From Phoronis australis (taxonomy: Eukaryota; Animalia; Phoronida), in the NCBI GenBank assembly GCA_002633005.1, contig NMRA01000046.1:448266-512265 (forward strand): DNA of 64,000 nt, in the 5' to 3' direction. Below the pieces are notes generated by a model. That model saw nothing but the letters and a program-made list of their open reading frames with translations, did not search any database and had not been told where the DNA came from. Both the position numbers and the translations under genes were made by a program. Numbering within the stretch: position 1 is the first letter of the stretch; the number at the start of each line of letters is the position of its first letter. Below are positions 1 to 11,423 of this stretch, piece after piece.

Positions 1-141
1 ACCAGGTGTAGCTCATTGGTCACAGTGACTATTAAGTGTTACAGCAGTGAGCTATACCAGGTGTAGCTCATTGGTCACAGTGACTATTAAGTGTCACAGC
101 AATGAGCTGTACCAGGTATAGCTCATTGGTCACAGTGACTA
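1..141. repeat. 55-bp tandem repeat, about 2.5 copies visible, truncated by window start
   Basis: ACCAGGTGTAGCTCATTGGTCACAGTGACT recurs at 1, 56 and 111; unit contains ACAGCA|GTGAGC, a donor-like site at 46/47. Confidence 0.9.
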
Positions 142-580
142 AATATTTTCAAGTAAAAATGATCAATTTTAGTGAACAGGTTCATGGAATGAATTGTTTT
201 TTAATTATGACATCTACACAGTAATAACAATTCTGAACATATTGCTGTCCAACTGGTTCTTGAACCCTGGATCCTCTACAATCTGTCTAATCCAATGAGT
301 CATCTGGACTACCGGTTAAACAAGAATCCAACCAGACTTGTGTTTTCAAGGAGTTCATACCCCTGTTGTCAGATACATAGTCACACACTTGTAATATAAG
401 AACATAGTACATACCCAGAGACTGAGTCAATCTTAAAACTCTTATGCCAACATAAAGATTTTAGTGATTACAGTTATGTCAACCAGGTTTTTTTAATAAC
501 TAACCTCAATAGGCTAATGACTATGTTATGAGTAGAAATATAACACGATAATGTTTGATTTTTACTGTGAGACATTTTAT

Positions 581-1528
581 CTAAATCGTTGTTGTTTGTA
601 TTTCTGGTGGTAGCAATTGTCTAGATGTACTAGATTTTTCGTTTTTGCTAAAGCAGACACGAGTGAGCAAACCACAGGCGAGCATACTCTTCAGCTGTTT
701 GCGTACTTTATAATTTCTTGTGGCGTATATAATTGGATCTGCTATGGCATTCAAGGATAGCACACAATATGCTGCTACAAATACCTGTTGTCCTTCGGTG
801 AATGTTAAAACTTTGAAAAACGCTAGTGCATATGAGAGGCTACATGGTAGCCAACACACAACAAAAGTTAAAACTATTAAAATGGTTGTCTTTGATGCCT
901 TTTGCACATGCTGGCGGGTCTGTAGTTTGAAGCACATAAAAACGTACAGCATCATAATAACTACAATAGGCAACAACACAACCACCACCTGTATTGTAGA
1001 GTTCACATCAAATTTTATGTTCACTTCAAAAATATTTTTGTCACACGTAGCTTGCGTTGTTATTCCTATTATTGTTGAGAGCCACACCATAGTGATAGCC
1101 ATGAGAATGCGTCTTTTGGTCAACACGGTCTTGTACTGGAATGGTTTGACTATGGCAACTGTGCGCTCGACTGCCATTAAGAGTACTGTGAGTACTACTG
1201 CGTATAACATACTTGCCGCAATATTGCGAAAGATTTTTGAAAGTTGCCCAATTATTGTGAACTGATGAAAGGGTTCATATCCAGTGCAGCCACAGTATAT
1301 AGCTTTAAACGACGAACTCAGTGTTTGTAAAAATGCGTACAGTATATCAGCTGTAGTCAAGCTGATGAGCATGTATATAGTTATAGTCTTTTGATGTATG
1401 CAAAGCAGTGTTACCCCAGTGATGGCGTTGAAGCCTAGAGCCAGCGATCCCGTAGTCAGCAACACGCTATATACACCGCAATGAAGACAAATCCAGTCTG
1501 TTCTGTTGTTGGTTGTGTTGAAATCCAT
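581..1528 (-). CDS. Rhodopsin-class (class A) orphan GPCR, single coding exon, 315 aa
   Basis: Seven hydrophobic segments; SLTTADIL (TM2), AVERTVAI (E/DRY variant), KPFQYK, FVVCWLP (TM6 CWxP), DPIIY (NPxxY variant); N-terminal NTT/NRT sequons. Possible 5'UTR intron 1696-2114 (minus CAG|GTAAGT ... CACAG|). Confidence 0.92.
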   Translation of the reverse strand: MDFNTTNNRTDWICLHCGVYSVLLTTGSLALGFNAITGVTLLCIHQKTITIYMLISLTTADILYAFLQTLSSSFKAIYCGCTGYEPFHQFTIIGQLSKIFRNIAASMLYAVVLTVLLMAVERTVAIVKPFQYKTVLTKRRILMAITMVWLSTIIGITTQATCDKNIFEVNIKFDVNSTIQVVVVLLPIVVIMMLYVFMCFKLQTRQHVQKASKTTILIVLTFVVCWLPCSLSYALAFFKVLTFTEGQQVFVAAYCVLSLNAIADPIIYATRNYKVRKQLKSMLACGLLTRVCFSKNEKSSTSRQLLPPEIQTTTI

Positions 1529-3271
1529 TCCTCCTAATGCTTTGTTCCAGTCTAATAATCCTTGAGTTTACACTTTTGTCATGATCATTCATTAAACAGT
1601 CCAATTACAGTTTCAGTTGCATTAAGATCTGCACTCTTGAGTGTGGGCAGTGCTGCAATATCATTGATTTATAAATATCACAGATCGTTGGTCACCTGTG
1701 GAGATGTGTAGTTTCAGAATATTCTCACAGCAGTTTCATATTCATCAATAATGAGCACTTAAACTAAACGTTCTTTGATTCAGAGACTTCACTGTAATAA
1801 TACTGCATTTACAATCCTGATGGTTTGGAAAGCTCATTTTTACCAAGCGACAATGTACTGTCAAGTTTTTATAATATTGTTACACTGCCATCTCTTGACT
1901 GGAATTTCTAAGTAAATATTAAGTAAACAGTGATTTAGAACCTCTAGTAAAGGCTTAGTCTTAAATTGATAGTGACTTTTAATTAATATTATGTCCACTA
2001 CGGTCAAGCTTCATTACACTCACCATATCTTTACTTCTGACCAATATCAAACAACCCACTCACATAGAGGGAACACACAACAAACTGCAGTTGGTTGACT
2101 GGATGAAGACTTACCTGACTTGCTCTTTAAAAATCACAAGCTAAAAGCTCATCTGTTACGTACATTAGCTATTTGATTCCCTGGTGTTTGCTCCACTGTT
2201 TACATTACATCTGATGCAGAAAATAAAATTCTGAGAATGATGTTTCCACTAGGTAATTGTTATTATTCTGTTGTAGATTGAGGTTCACATGCAAATTGCT
2301 AAATGATGGACAATTTTGTATGACATGTTCAAATAATGACGTTAGGTAAAACATGTGGGTGATAAGTATAGTGTTTCTTCTTAATGTTTGAAAACATTTT
2401 GATATGAAAGCATGGAATCCAGAAAATGTTGATAAGGTGAAAAATCCAACATTTCTAATAATCAATCAGATTTATTTTGTCAAAAACCATTTCAAGCTTT
2501 GTACACTGTCTGATAGATCCATGTGACTTTTTGGTAACATAAAGCACTTGCAATGCTGGAAGCCATGAGATAACCTTTTTCAAAAGTGCTTAAAGATATT
2601 AAACCACAGGTGTTGTCCCTTTTTTCAAAAGTGCTTAAGATATTAAACCACATGTGTTGTGCCTTTTATTGAGTCTCATTTAATGAATCAAATAGACAAC
2701 TTTGAAAACAGAGCAATTATAGTGATCTTAGTTTCTCATCATATACACTACAAAACCTGACTGTTACCTGAACATATATCAGCTATGAACATGGCTAAAG
2801 TTTGAATGAAATTAAGGGACTTAATGAATAGTGTGGGTTAGAGTTCAGTGTCTGGAGTGTAGTACTGCATTTAATCATCAAATACATGCATCAACCAAGT
2901 CGTGACCACCCTTAGGCTAAGTTTGACATTGTATTGTATTATGTTCATTATTGGCTGACTGCAGGTGGAATTTTGGTTCGCTTTTATTGACAGACAACTG
3001 TGTATACAGGGTGTCCTTAAAAACTAAACCGGGTTTTAATATGTTTTACATGATTAGAAGTAGTATACTAAGTTGTTTAGGCGCCCTGTTTGGGAGGCTC
3101 CTCTGTCAAAGGTCATCAATCCGAAAGGAAAGGTCAAAGATCACATGTGATGGATGCAATAGGAAGGGACATCATCTGCCTACACGTTTGGGATGGTGTT
3201 CTGACGTCAATGCTGCGCCGTCTGATCAAAACGTCACCAATTGGCCAGAATAAAGATAACGTCACAAGCCA

Positions 3272-3803
3272 AGCGTTCGAATTTTCAGTTCCGAAGAAAA
3301 CTCTTTCTAGCCCGATGGTGCCGACCGTTTTCATTTCCTGAGAATGTCGTTCAAGAGATCAGTGATGTTCAAACATTCAGTGGGTGATCCGTCAATGTAG
3401 ACACGACCTCGTTCGTCCCAGCTCATTCTCGCATTCTTTTTAATCTTTTACAGCAGCATCTGAACCTTACGAGGCATAGATACCAGAACGGAGTCGACAA
3501 TATCCACATCCATTGTTTTAGAAATATTCTTATCCTCCTTTCGATCCCCGGCTGGCTTTGATTCCCTTATTTCAACTTTTACTGGTTGATTCATTTTGTT
3601 GTGGTAGGTGACAAATCGCCGAAGAATCTGATTATACATTTTCACTTTCTGACTCCCATCAACGTCTTTCCGCTCTACAATATTTTGCATGTCTTGGTCC
3701 AACCCACTCAAAGCTTTGATGGGAAGGCTAGGGAGGATTTGGGTGTAGAGAGTGATTCTAATTAGCGAGTGTCAATGAGAGCCATTTTCTTAGCGTACTC
3801 CAT
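3272..3803 (-). pseudogene. Polinton conserved hypothetical ORF, copy A
   Basis: MEYAKKMAL...LSGLDQDMQNIVERKDVDGSQKVKMYNQIL...SWDERG...NITDLLNDILRK; internal stops; inverted paralog of 11424-11940. Confidence 0.75.
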
Positions 3804-3804
3804 T

Positions 3805-4161
3805 TTACCTTCGACTGAATAACCCGGGAAGATTTGTTCCCGCCAAGCCGCCAATGAGAGGTGCTATGACTGCTCCGAGAAATCCGCCTTGTGGTAGAAT
3901 TCGGCTTTTAGTTATCTTCTACACAAGAGTGCACAGGCTTGTTTAGTGTTTACGAAGCTTGGATGTTTGATTGGGGGTCAGTGGTAGGTTTTCGTTCAAT
4001 TCGTTGACCGCTGCTTCACAAAGACAGTGGATGAGATTCTTGTCGACGTTTTTAATAATTGTTTTGGCGATATTAGGTTTACACTTGGACAGTAGTTTTA
4101 ATGTGTCCGAACGTCTCCTCAACCGCCCCGAGGGCATTTTACGCATGTGAAGTCTGGACAT
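3805..4161 (-). pseudogene. Polinton/adintovirus small basic protein with adenovirus pX-like C-terminus, copy A
   Basis: LKLLSKCKP...LIHCLCEAAVN...LPLTPNQ..KLRKH, stop, then ILPQGGFLGAVIAPLIGGLAG..LF. Confidence 0.75.
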
Positions 4162-4189
4162 CGAGTGACGTATTTCATAGCTTGCGGTT

Positions 4190-4678
4190 CTATTTCAATT
4201 TTTTGGGAAGGTAGGCATATTGCGTTTCATCGGGAAAAACGCGCTTCAACTGCTTGACGCGTTCTGGAGTAAATTGTTTTAGATCCATGAAAAGGTAACC
4301 GAAAGGTTCATTGATAGCATCGGCAAACGCTTCCTGTACAAATCTGGTATTCCCCAGATACATCTGCTTAGCCAGGTGCACAATTTGTGTTTTATCCCTG
4401 AGGGGATTTTTAAAAAACACAATGTAGTGAAGGTTTAGACTATTGGTGCACATCTCTTTGTTTTTAGAAAACAAATTTTTAACTATCAAAACAACGGACA
4501 CGTTTCTATGGTGACTGCTTGTAATGCCACACTTCCATCCATTTTACTCATCATGTCATTGATGACCACGAGATGTCTCTTGCGTCCATCGAAACTGGAG
4601 AGTTTGGGCAACCCTTCTACAAAGTTGACGTAGGTCAAATTAGAAAATAGATCTTGATGTTCGCCGAAACAATACGAT
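4190..4678 (-). pseudogene. Polinton packaging ATPase (FtsK/A32-like), C-terminal two thirds, copy A
   Basis: HLVVINDMM (degenerate Walker B), SHHRNVSVVLIVKNLF, FKNP-RDKTQI, PFGYLFMDL; Walker A region deleted. Confidence 0.85.
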
Positions 4679-4681
4679 GAT

Positions 4682-4846
4682 TACCACGATTAAATGGAAT
4701 AACATCACCTGCATCGTGACGAATGTTGATTTCAATGGTACCGAATTGATTTTGTTGTAGAGGATTTGAACAGCGAAATCACTTTGGTATCATTGAAATC
4801 AACATTCGTGATGATGTAGGTGATGTTATTCCATTTAATCGTGGTA
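4682..4846. repeat. Hairpin/inverted repeat with 71-bp arms (4682-4752, 4776-4846) made of two penton gene fragments
   Basis: TACCACGATTAAATGGAATAACATCACC... is the reverse complement of ...GGTGATGTTATTCCATTTAATCGTGGTA with few mismatches. Confidence 0.9.
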
Positions 4847-4896
4847 TGGTTGCGGTTACTCTTGCTCTAAGACGTGCCCGTACTTTGTATTTTTAA
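4768..4896 (+). pseudogene. Polinton minor capsid (penton) C-terminal fragment
   Basis: EQRNHFGIIEINIRDDVGDVIPFNRGMVAVTLALRRARTLYF*, matching the IEIxIRDxxGxxIPFxxGxVxVTL penton end; mirrored on minus strand at 4682-4763. Confidence 0.8.
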
Positions 4897-5284
4897 CACA
4901 TCATAAAAGAGATTGAATAAGCCATGAACCCTCAGAATTGTTACATTGTTGTGCAAATTGTTTAGCATGTCTCATTAACCATCTTATACATTTTTGTGGA
5001 AAGATACTTTCTTTCATACCGCTCTATCTGAAGCAATACGCGGAGTGCTCCATTGATTCTGTAATTTTTACCGTCCTATTGGTCGTTGAACAGCAAGCGA
5101 TTTATGTTGCATGCCCTTGTGTATTGTCACCAACCTGTCGTGTGTCATTTTTCGTCTTGAGTAGTCCCTTCCTCATTTACAGACGGTTCGATGTGCTGAA
5201 ATTGATTAAACGTAACCCCTTAAGTACACAAAGAAAAAACTGGTCTAAACCGGTTAGTATGATCTCATGGCTAATAACAGCAGC

Positions 5285-5550
5285 CATGTGATTGGTCAGT
5301 GTTTAGGTATTACAAAACAAGAGTTTTCGTTTGTTGGGTCTGCCCAAACGTGTCCAAACGTGTTTGAAGTTACCCTTTCGGGCTACACGGAATATACTCA
5401 CGTGATCAAATGTTAGCACAGGATTGGTCAATATTTGTGTATTACATAACAAGTGATTTCGTGTGTCGGGCCTGTCCAAATGTGTCTGAACGTGTCTACA
5501 ATGGATAGAAATGCCTATAAATTGAGTGTCTCAGTATTCCAAATCATTCA
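5285..5550 (+). promoter_or_regulatory. Putative Polinton promoter: two ~130-bp direct repeats with ATTGG boxes, TATA box and Inr-like site
   Basis: GATTGGTCA...GTATTAC..AACAAG..TTTCGT..GT.GGG.CTG.CCAAA.GTGTC repeated at ~5290 and ~5422; TATAAA at 5516, TCATT at 5544, ATG at 5567. Confidence 0.5.
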
Positions 5551-5566
5551 ACAATATTTTTACGGA

Positions 5567-7510
5567 ATGAAACAGGCCAAACTGCATCCACTGTTCAGGA
5601 ACATACCGTATTTGCCGTAATAACCGCCCAGGGCGCTTAGGAAAGTTCGGTTCAGGGGGGGCGCTTATTATAACCCAAGGCGGTTGAAACCCGCCTCCCG
5701 TTCAGTAATGCTGGGACCTCGCTAAATAGCAAGACTTCGCGAGATTACGTAAGATATTGCCGTGTATTTTAAATGAGAACACGTGACGTTGACTAGATTT
5801 TAGCTAGGTCCTAGCGTAGGCCCTAGCGTCTACTGAACGCACGCCCGGTCTCCAAAACGGGTGAAATCGGAAGCTAAGATTCATCAAATTTACGCTCTGT
5901 GACGTATCTGTAATCTATGAAAGACTTTCAACAAAACTGTGGTGCATTGCTGTCAAACTTTGCTGCTAAATTACGATCATTTTACAGAAAATTGTGCTGA
6001 AATCCCAAGGCCAAAAATTCGCCGACTGACTGCCTCGAAATCGCCGTCTTCGATATGGCGACTTCAATGCTTGAATAAAAATAGTTTCGACTCTAGCAAA
6101 TTACCTGAAATCCTCATTAAGTTTTCTAAGTAGTGTCCCTGAGATTTTTTTTAAGTTCCCGTGGAGTCTGGATTAACCTCAGGTTTAAGTACAAATCTGT
6201 GAAACATTGTGCCATCTAAATGTATGATCGGCAACACGGCGAGAAAAATGTCTGGACGAACACACATGTTGTTGTCACGTGACGTTTGTTTTGATGTTCG
6301 TCTGCGAGTAAGCGAGCGCGTGTGTGTCACCAGAGTTCATTTGCCAAAGCAGAGACCGTCTTTTGGCCAGATCCACGCAATCTAACGAGCTAGATGTGCA
6401 TTGTGTCTAAAGAAATTTGTACAAGCAGTAGGCCTAAACCAGAGCATGTTTCATTCAGCACTTGCCGGTCTCATGTGCTAAAAACGTTCGACATTTGTCT
6501 CGGTAAGGCCCATATTAGTCGCCGTGTAGCTGGACACGTACGTAACTATCTGACAGTTATTTTTCGGTGTAAGGGTGTGTAAGCATTCACTGTCAGTTGT
6601 CATTTTATCGGATATTCGGCTTAAAAACACCAATGATGGTTAATAAAACAATCCATCTCAAAAATAACGCAAACATGTTTTATAGTATTAGAAATTGTCA
6701 GAAATTAGTGCCAATATCCATTTCTTACCGATGCTATGCTACCCGTTTCATGAGTGGATAGTTCCCGACTAATGTCTTTGATGACAGGTTCATATATGTA
6801 GCGCGCTTCCTGGCCACGTGCGTTTAACGGCCGAGTTATTTTTATTCATGAGACAGTCGATGTGTCTACTGAAAGGTCAGACCATAGTGGCACGGTCTTC
6901 GCGAGAGCATAGCAACGCTGTTGCGTTCTTTTTGAAGCTCTGCGTTACTTTGAAGTGTATAGTCACGGCTAAATACAAACGTAGCAGTGCCGCTGGCGGT
7001 CTAGAAGACTCGTGCAAAAATTTTTTGATAAATTGAAGACGTTACTGAGTTTTAGGACTGTAGGTACGTCATTGTTTGCATGTACACGTTCATGGACTGG
7101 GCGCTTATTTCAGCAAAGTCTGAAAACGCGTGGGGGGTGGCGCTTATAGGGGCATGGGCGGATATTACGGCGAATACGGTATTTGTAACCGTGCAGTACT
7201 TCAAGGGTCGTAAAGTGGTATACATTAGACGTTATGACGAAGACAATGCTTGGCCAGGCATACTTTTCCCAACAAAGACCGAGTTTGCCTCACGGAAAGT
7301 GAATACGAGAAACTGAAGGGATTCCTAGAGATCATTAACGAAGACCTAAAGAAACTCAAAGAAAAAACCAGTGTGCCAACAAAGAAACGCAAAGTGACCA
7401 CTGCCCCAACCCTACCAATTTTGAATCCAGCAAAAGGAGCAGAGAACAAAGGCCCATTTGATATACGGAATTGGACCGACAACACTAACGACAACCAAGA
7501 ACTCCCATGA
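5567..7510 (+). pseudogene. PC4/Sub1 (p15 coactivator)-like ssDNA-binding protein gene, split by a MITE and frameshifted
   Basis: Removing 5606-7179 plus one TA restores MKQAKLHPLFRNI-FVTVQYFKGRKVVYIRRYDED...FPTK; after a frameshift it continues DRVCLTESEYEKLKGFLEIINEDL, resembling the PC4 pattern VTVxxFKGxxxxxIRxY...PxKxGxxLTxxxW/YxxL. Confidence 0.7.
5606..7179. mobile_element. Non-autonomous Tc2/pogo-type (Tc1-mariner superfamily) element
   Basis: TIR CCGTATTTGCCGTAATAACCGCCCA / TGGGCGGATATTACGGCGAATACGG; TA duplication at 5604-5605 and 7180-7181; no transposase. Confidence 0.88.
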
Positions 7511-7791
7511 ACCCCAAGAGACCCAGCAGATGATGTAGACGGAGGCGGTAACATAGCACGGCAACAGACGGTGAATGGAACTGCTAAGAGACACTAAGTT
7601 TAAATATCTTATTAACGCTGTACTGATCTGAACACTGTGCTAATCACGATTTGATTATGATAAATATAAATCAAATGTTGAACTCGTTACCATTGTTGTT
7701 CTTATAACCCATACAAAATTGTTGTAAGTTAACTCCTATCGTTCACTCTGTCACGAGATACAGCGCAGCATTGACGTGAGACTCGTTCACA

Positions 7792-10700
7792 ATGATTGTT
7801 AGTGGTCCAACATCGAGTGGAAAAAGTCAGTGGACCATGCGACTTTTGCAAAACGCCACTGCGATGATTCACCCTCCTCCGGACACTGTGACGCATTGTT
7901 TTGGCGAATATCAAGATGTATTTTCTAATTTGACCAATGTCAACTTTGTAGAAGGGTTGCCCAAACTCTCCAGTTTCGATAGACGCAAGAGACATCTCGT
8001 GGTCATGGACGACATGATGAGTGAAATGGATGGAAGTGCATCAAACGTATTTACTACAGGCAGTCACCATTGAAATGTGTCCGTTGTTTTGATAGTTCAA
8101 AATTTGTTTTCTAAAAACAAAGAGATGCTCACATTTAGTCTAAACGCTTACTACCATGTTGTTTAAAAACCTGCGGGATAAGACACAAATTGTGCACCTG
8201 GCTAAGCAGATGTATCCGGGGAATACCAGATTCATACAGGAAGCGTTTGTCGATACTACCAGTGAACCTTTCGGTTACCTGTTTGTGGATCTGAAACAAT
8301 TTAACGTAAAGGTTCGGGTGAACACCCTTGTTCACTTAACCGCCCATCCCCGAATTTAGGTGGCTTTCTGATTTAAGCGCCCACTGCTCGGTTAAGGGCC
8401 CCTCTGTGATTTTTGAAGATTTCCAGTTAAGCGCCCACCTCTCGTTTAAGCGCTCATCCCCAACTTTTAAAGATTGAAGATTTAGCACCCAATGCTAAGG
8501 AAACATGCGATTACCCGACTTTTAGATAAAGGTCAGTGATCACAGTCTGTGCAATGACGGCCTCTGATACAGCGGTTTGGCAATGTAAATTATGATATAA
8601 GTAACAAATTATTGTCCCGGTTCATGGACTTATTTCAGAATATATCACTTCTTCCCACGGTCGCAAAGTTTAAGAACCTCTCCAGCTTCAATACCTCCAC
8701 TTTCAGCGATGCTGTTAGACGCGCTGAGTTTCTGTCTGCAGTGCATTAGATGAAATATATATTTGAAAAAATAAGGCCAGAGAAATGTGACTGGTTTTGG
8801 CAACCCTTCCAATTCGATTTAGGTGGGAAGCTCTCATAATTTGAAAAATTCCCATAACTCACGTAAAGATGTCAAATTTTCCCTATTTTAATGAATGTAA
8901 TTGCCGCGTTATAGAGAATATTGTGGTGACCGATGGGACAGCGTGTCACACTGATTAAACGAGTTGCTGCCTCTCGATTTCTGACTTCAAAGGTTGGCAA
9001 TACGTTACTGAATGTTTGTGTATCACCTTAAAGTTAAAAAACTGCTAGTCAACTTTTGTTTTTAACTTATTACGTCTTACTCAAACTGACGTTAGCAGAG
9101 TTCACCAATGTCGCTGGCGGTTCTTTATAATACGATTACTTGCGACAACCTAGCCCTGCCTATGCGTGACTGTGTGAATTATCGTTTCCATCTACCCTTT
9201 TTAGCCATCCCTAATAATTTTGTTTCTACATTGGCCAGCTTCAGCCTGAACAAAATTCTTACCATTCGAGTCTGAAATGTCTATGACTTAGACTGGCTGA
9301 AAATTGGCGATAGTGGGGAGAAAGTGCACGCAGATAGCTACGGGCATGGAACATCGGGGTTTGGGAACACCTAGCCGGGAAATAGGGACAGACTTGACAT
9401 CGCGGTTTTGGGGAACATTGGAACCGAGGAATGTTGTGAAGCACTGGGTCTTTTATAACAACATCTTAAAGGTACAATCACGCCGATATACTCTTTTACT
9501 TAGGACTGTTGCTGTTTTCTTTTGATGTGCAACTTTGTAGTGGTGCACGCACGTAAGTTCCCACACTCTGGAGTGTATGCTGCATTGACACGAGCATATG
9601 TGAGTGACAGGTGACTCATGTATGCGCTGCTGAATCCCATCGCTGTCTTTTGCCATAGAAACGAAACACATATTGAAAGAGGCCCTTATATTACTTAATA
9701 CTTGACGGCATTTCAAAGTCACGATTGTCTTCTGAAACATTGTGCGCAAACAGTGGGACCGACCAGTGCTGCAGTACGTTGGAAATATCAGGTCGCAATT
9801 GTTGTGACTAGATACAAGATGACCATAATCTCGGCTCATATTTCCAAATTTCAGGTCGCCAATGCGACCTGCAGTTCGTTATGTCGATCGCCGGAGTCCT
9901 GGTTGCAACAACACCGACTTGGTAAAGACGCATTCCTGGTTGGAGCTCTTCACTAATTTTGTTGTATAGCCATGCAAAGCATGAGTGTCGCTAACCTGAA
10001 TTATTGGGGCTTTGTCTACGAATTATTTTTACTGATGCAGATACAGTGTACGAATTAATTTTGTCCTTGGACTGTACTGTACGTGTCATAGTGTTAGTAT
10101 TTTTTAAAAATAAAATCTTAATCAAATACTTGTTTTTGAGTAAGGCCTTTGTGGTACCTTTTGATTGACGAGTAGCTCATGTCCGCTTAACCCCTGTTAC
10201 TTTTCTTTGTGCAGCATGTTTCACGCAACAGGAAGTGAGCAGCACCGGGCTGTTGATATAAAACAGCTAGCCGCAGAACCATAAGTTGAGAATGTCTTTG
10301 AGTCACGGAGTCTCTAGCATAAACAGCCCGAACACAAAAAACACCTGAATTAGTTTTTCAAACTTTTATTACAACTAGTTTTAAAACTGCTCTGTGACTC
10401 AGAACTTGACAGCTAGCACGGGACTAACCATAAATTTGATGTCTGCTGTGGCCTCTGGAGCACATGAAGCTTGCACGCAGTGTCACTGCACGAGAATAGT
10501 TGGAATCCAAGTGGAGTGTTGCGTGGTCAGTGGTCGTCTGTGTACCACAGCTCTAACAAAAATACAAGACCGCTCGACGGCACGAGGCTATTACTCAGCA
10601 ATTTTGTAAATGTAATTGTGAATAACTAATCTGAGGGCAACAGAACGTTTGCTGGGATCATCCGCTGTTATGACATTTTTACCGTCATTTGGCAACGTGA

Positions 10701-11022
10701 CAAAACAGCTCTTTGAAAAGTGCTACGCATTTCGAGTGCATGTGTCATGTGAAGACTCAGATCATGAGGTAAGATTGACCGCTCAGGGTGCTTGTCTGTC
10801 GTAATAAGCGCCCAGCATGTTTGGTTAACCACCCTCCCATGATTTCTTGAAAGTTCACGTTTAAGCGCCCATGTCTGGTTAACCGCCCATCCCTGAATTT
10901 TTGGGTTTGCCAATTTAACCACTCAGGGCGTTGGGGTAACCGGAACATTTACGGTACACATGCGGTTGAGGACGTACGTTTTTCCTGAAGAAACGCAATA
11001 TGCCTACCTTCCCAAAAATTGA
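7792..11022 (+). pseudogene. Polinton packaging ATPase, copy B, split by a MITE
   Basis: Walker A GPTSSGKS, Walker B HLVVMDDMM, GSHH*NVSVV, FKNLRDKTQI, PFGYLFVDLKQF; tail HMRLRTYVFPEETQYAYLPKN* resumes after 10956. Confidence 0.88.
8304..10954. mobile_element. Non-autonomous Tc2/pogo-type element with degenerate TIRs
   Basis: (A/C)CGTAAAGGTTCGGGTGAACACCC vs GGGGTAACCGGAACATTTACGG; TA flanks at 8302-8303 and 10955-10956; multiple TAAGCGCCCA/TTAACCGCCCA subterminal motifs; ATPase resumes on both sides. Confidence 0.8.
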
Positions 11023-11055
11023 AATAGACCTGTAAGCTATGAGTTACGTCAGTCG

Positions 11056-11422
11056 ATGTCCAGATTTCGCATGTGTAAGATGCCCTAGGGAAGGTTGAGG
11101 AGACATTCGGATACACTCAAACTATTGTCCAAGTATAAACCTAATTGCCAAAACAATTATTAAAAAAGCCGACAAAGATCTCATCCACTGTCTTTCTGAA
11201 AAACCGGTCATCGAATTGAACGGAAACTTACCACTGACCCCCAATCAAACATCGAAGCTTCTTAAACACTAAACAAGCCTGCGCATTCTTGTGAAAAAGA
11301 AGACGCCTCTGAAAATTAAAAGGCAAATTCTACCAGGAGGCGGATTTCTCGGAGCAGTCTTAGCGCCTGTCATCGGCGGCTTGGCGGGAACAATTCTTCC
11401 CGCGTTATTCGGTCAAAGGTAA
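11056..11422 (+). pseudogene. pX-like small basic protein, copy B
   Basis: MSRFRMCKMP*GRLRRHSDTLKLLSKYKP... ends ILPGGGFLGAVLAPVIGGLAGTILPALFGQR*; stops and frameshift. Confidence 0.78.
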
Positions 11423-11423
11423 A

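Noticed and set aside
720-1265. 181-aa plus-strand ORF
   Set aside because: Antisense shadow of the GPCR with no recognisable motif
2574-2668. ~47-bp direct duplication
   Set aside because: Two copies only, no associated feature
3055-3066. AGTAGT as a possible Polinton terminus
   Set aside because: No matching inverted terminus or TSD found at the right side
4900-5200. Possible decayed minus-strand Polinton ORF
   Set aside because: Multiple stops and no motif I can support
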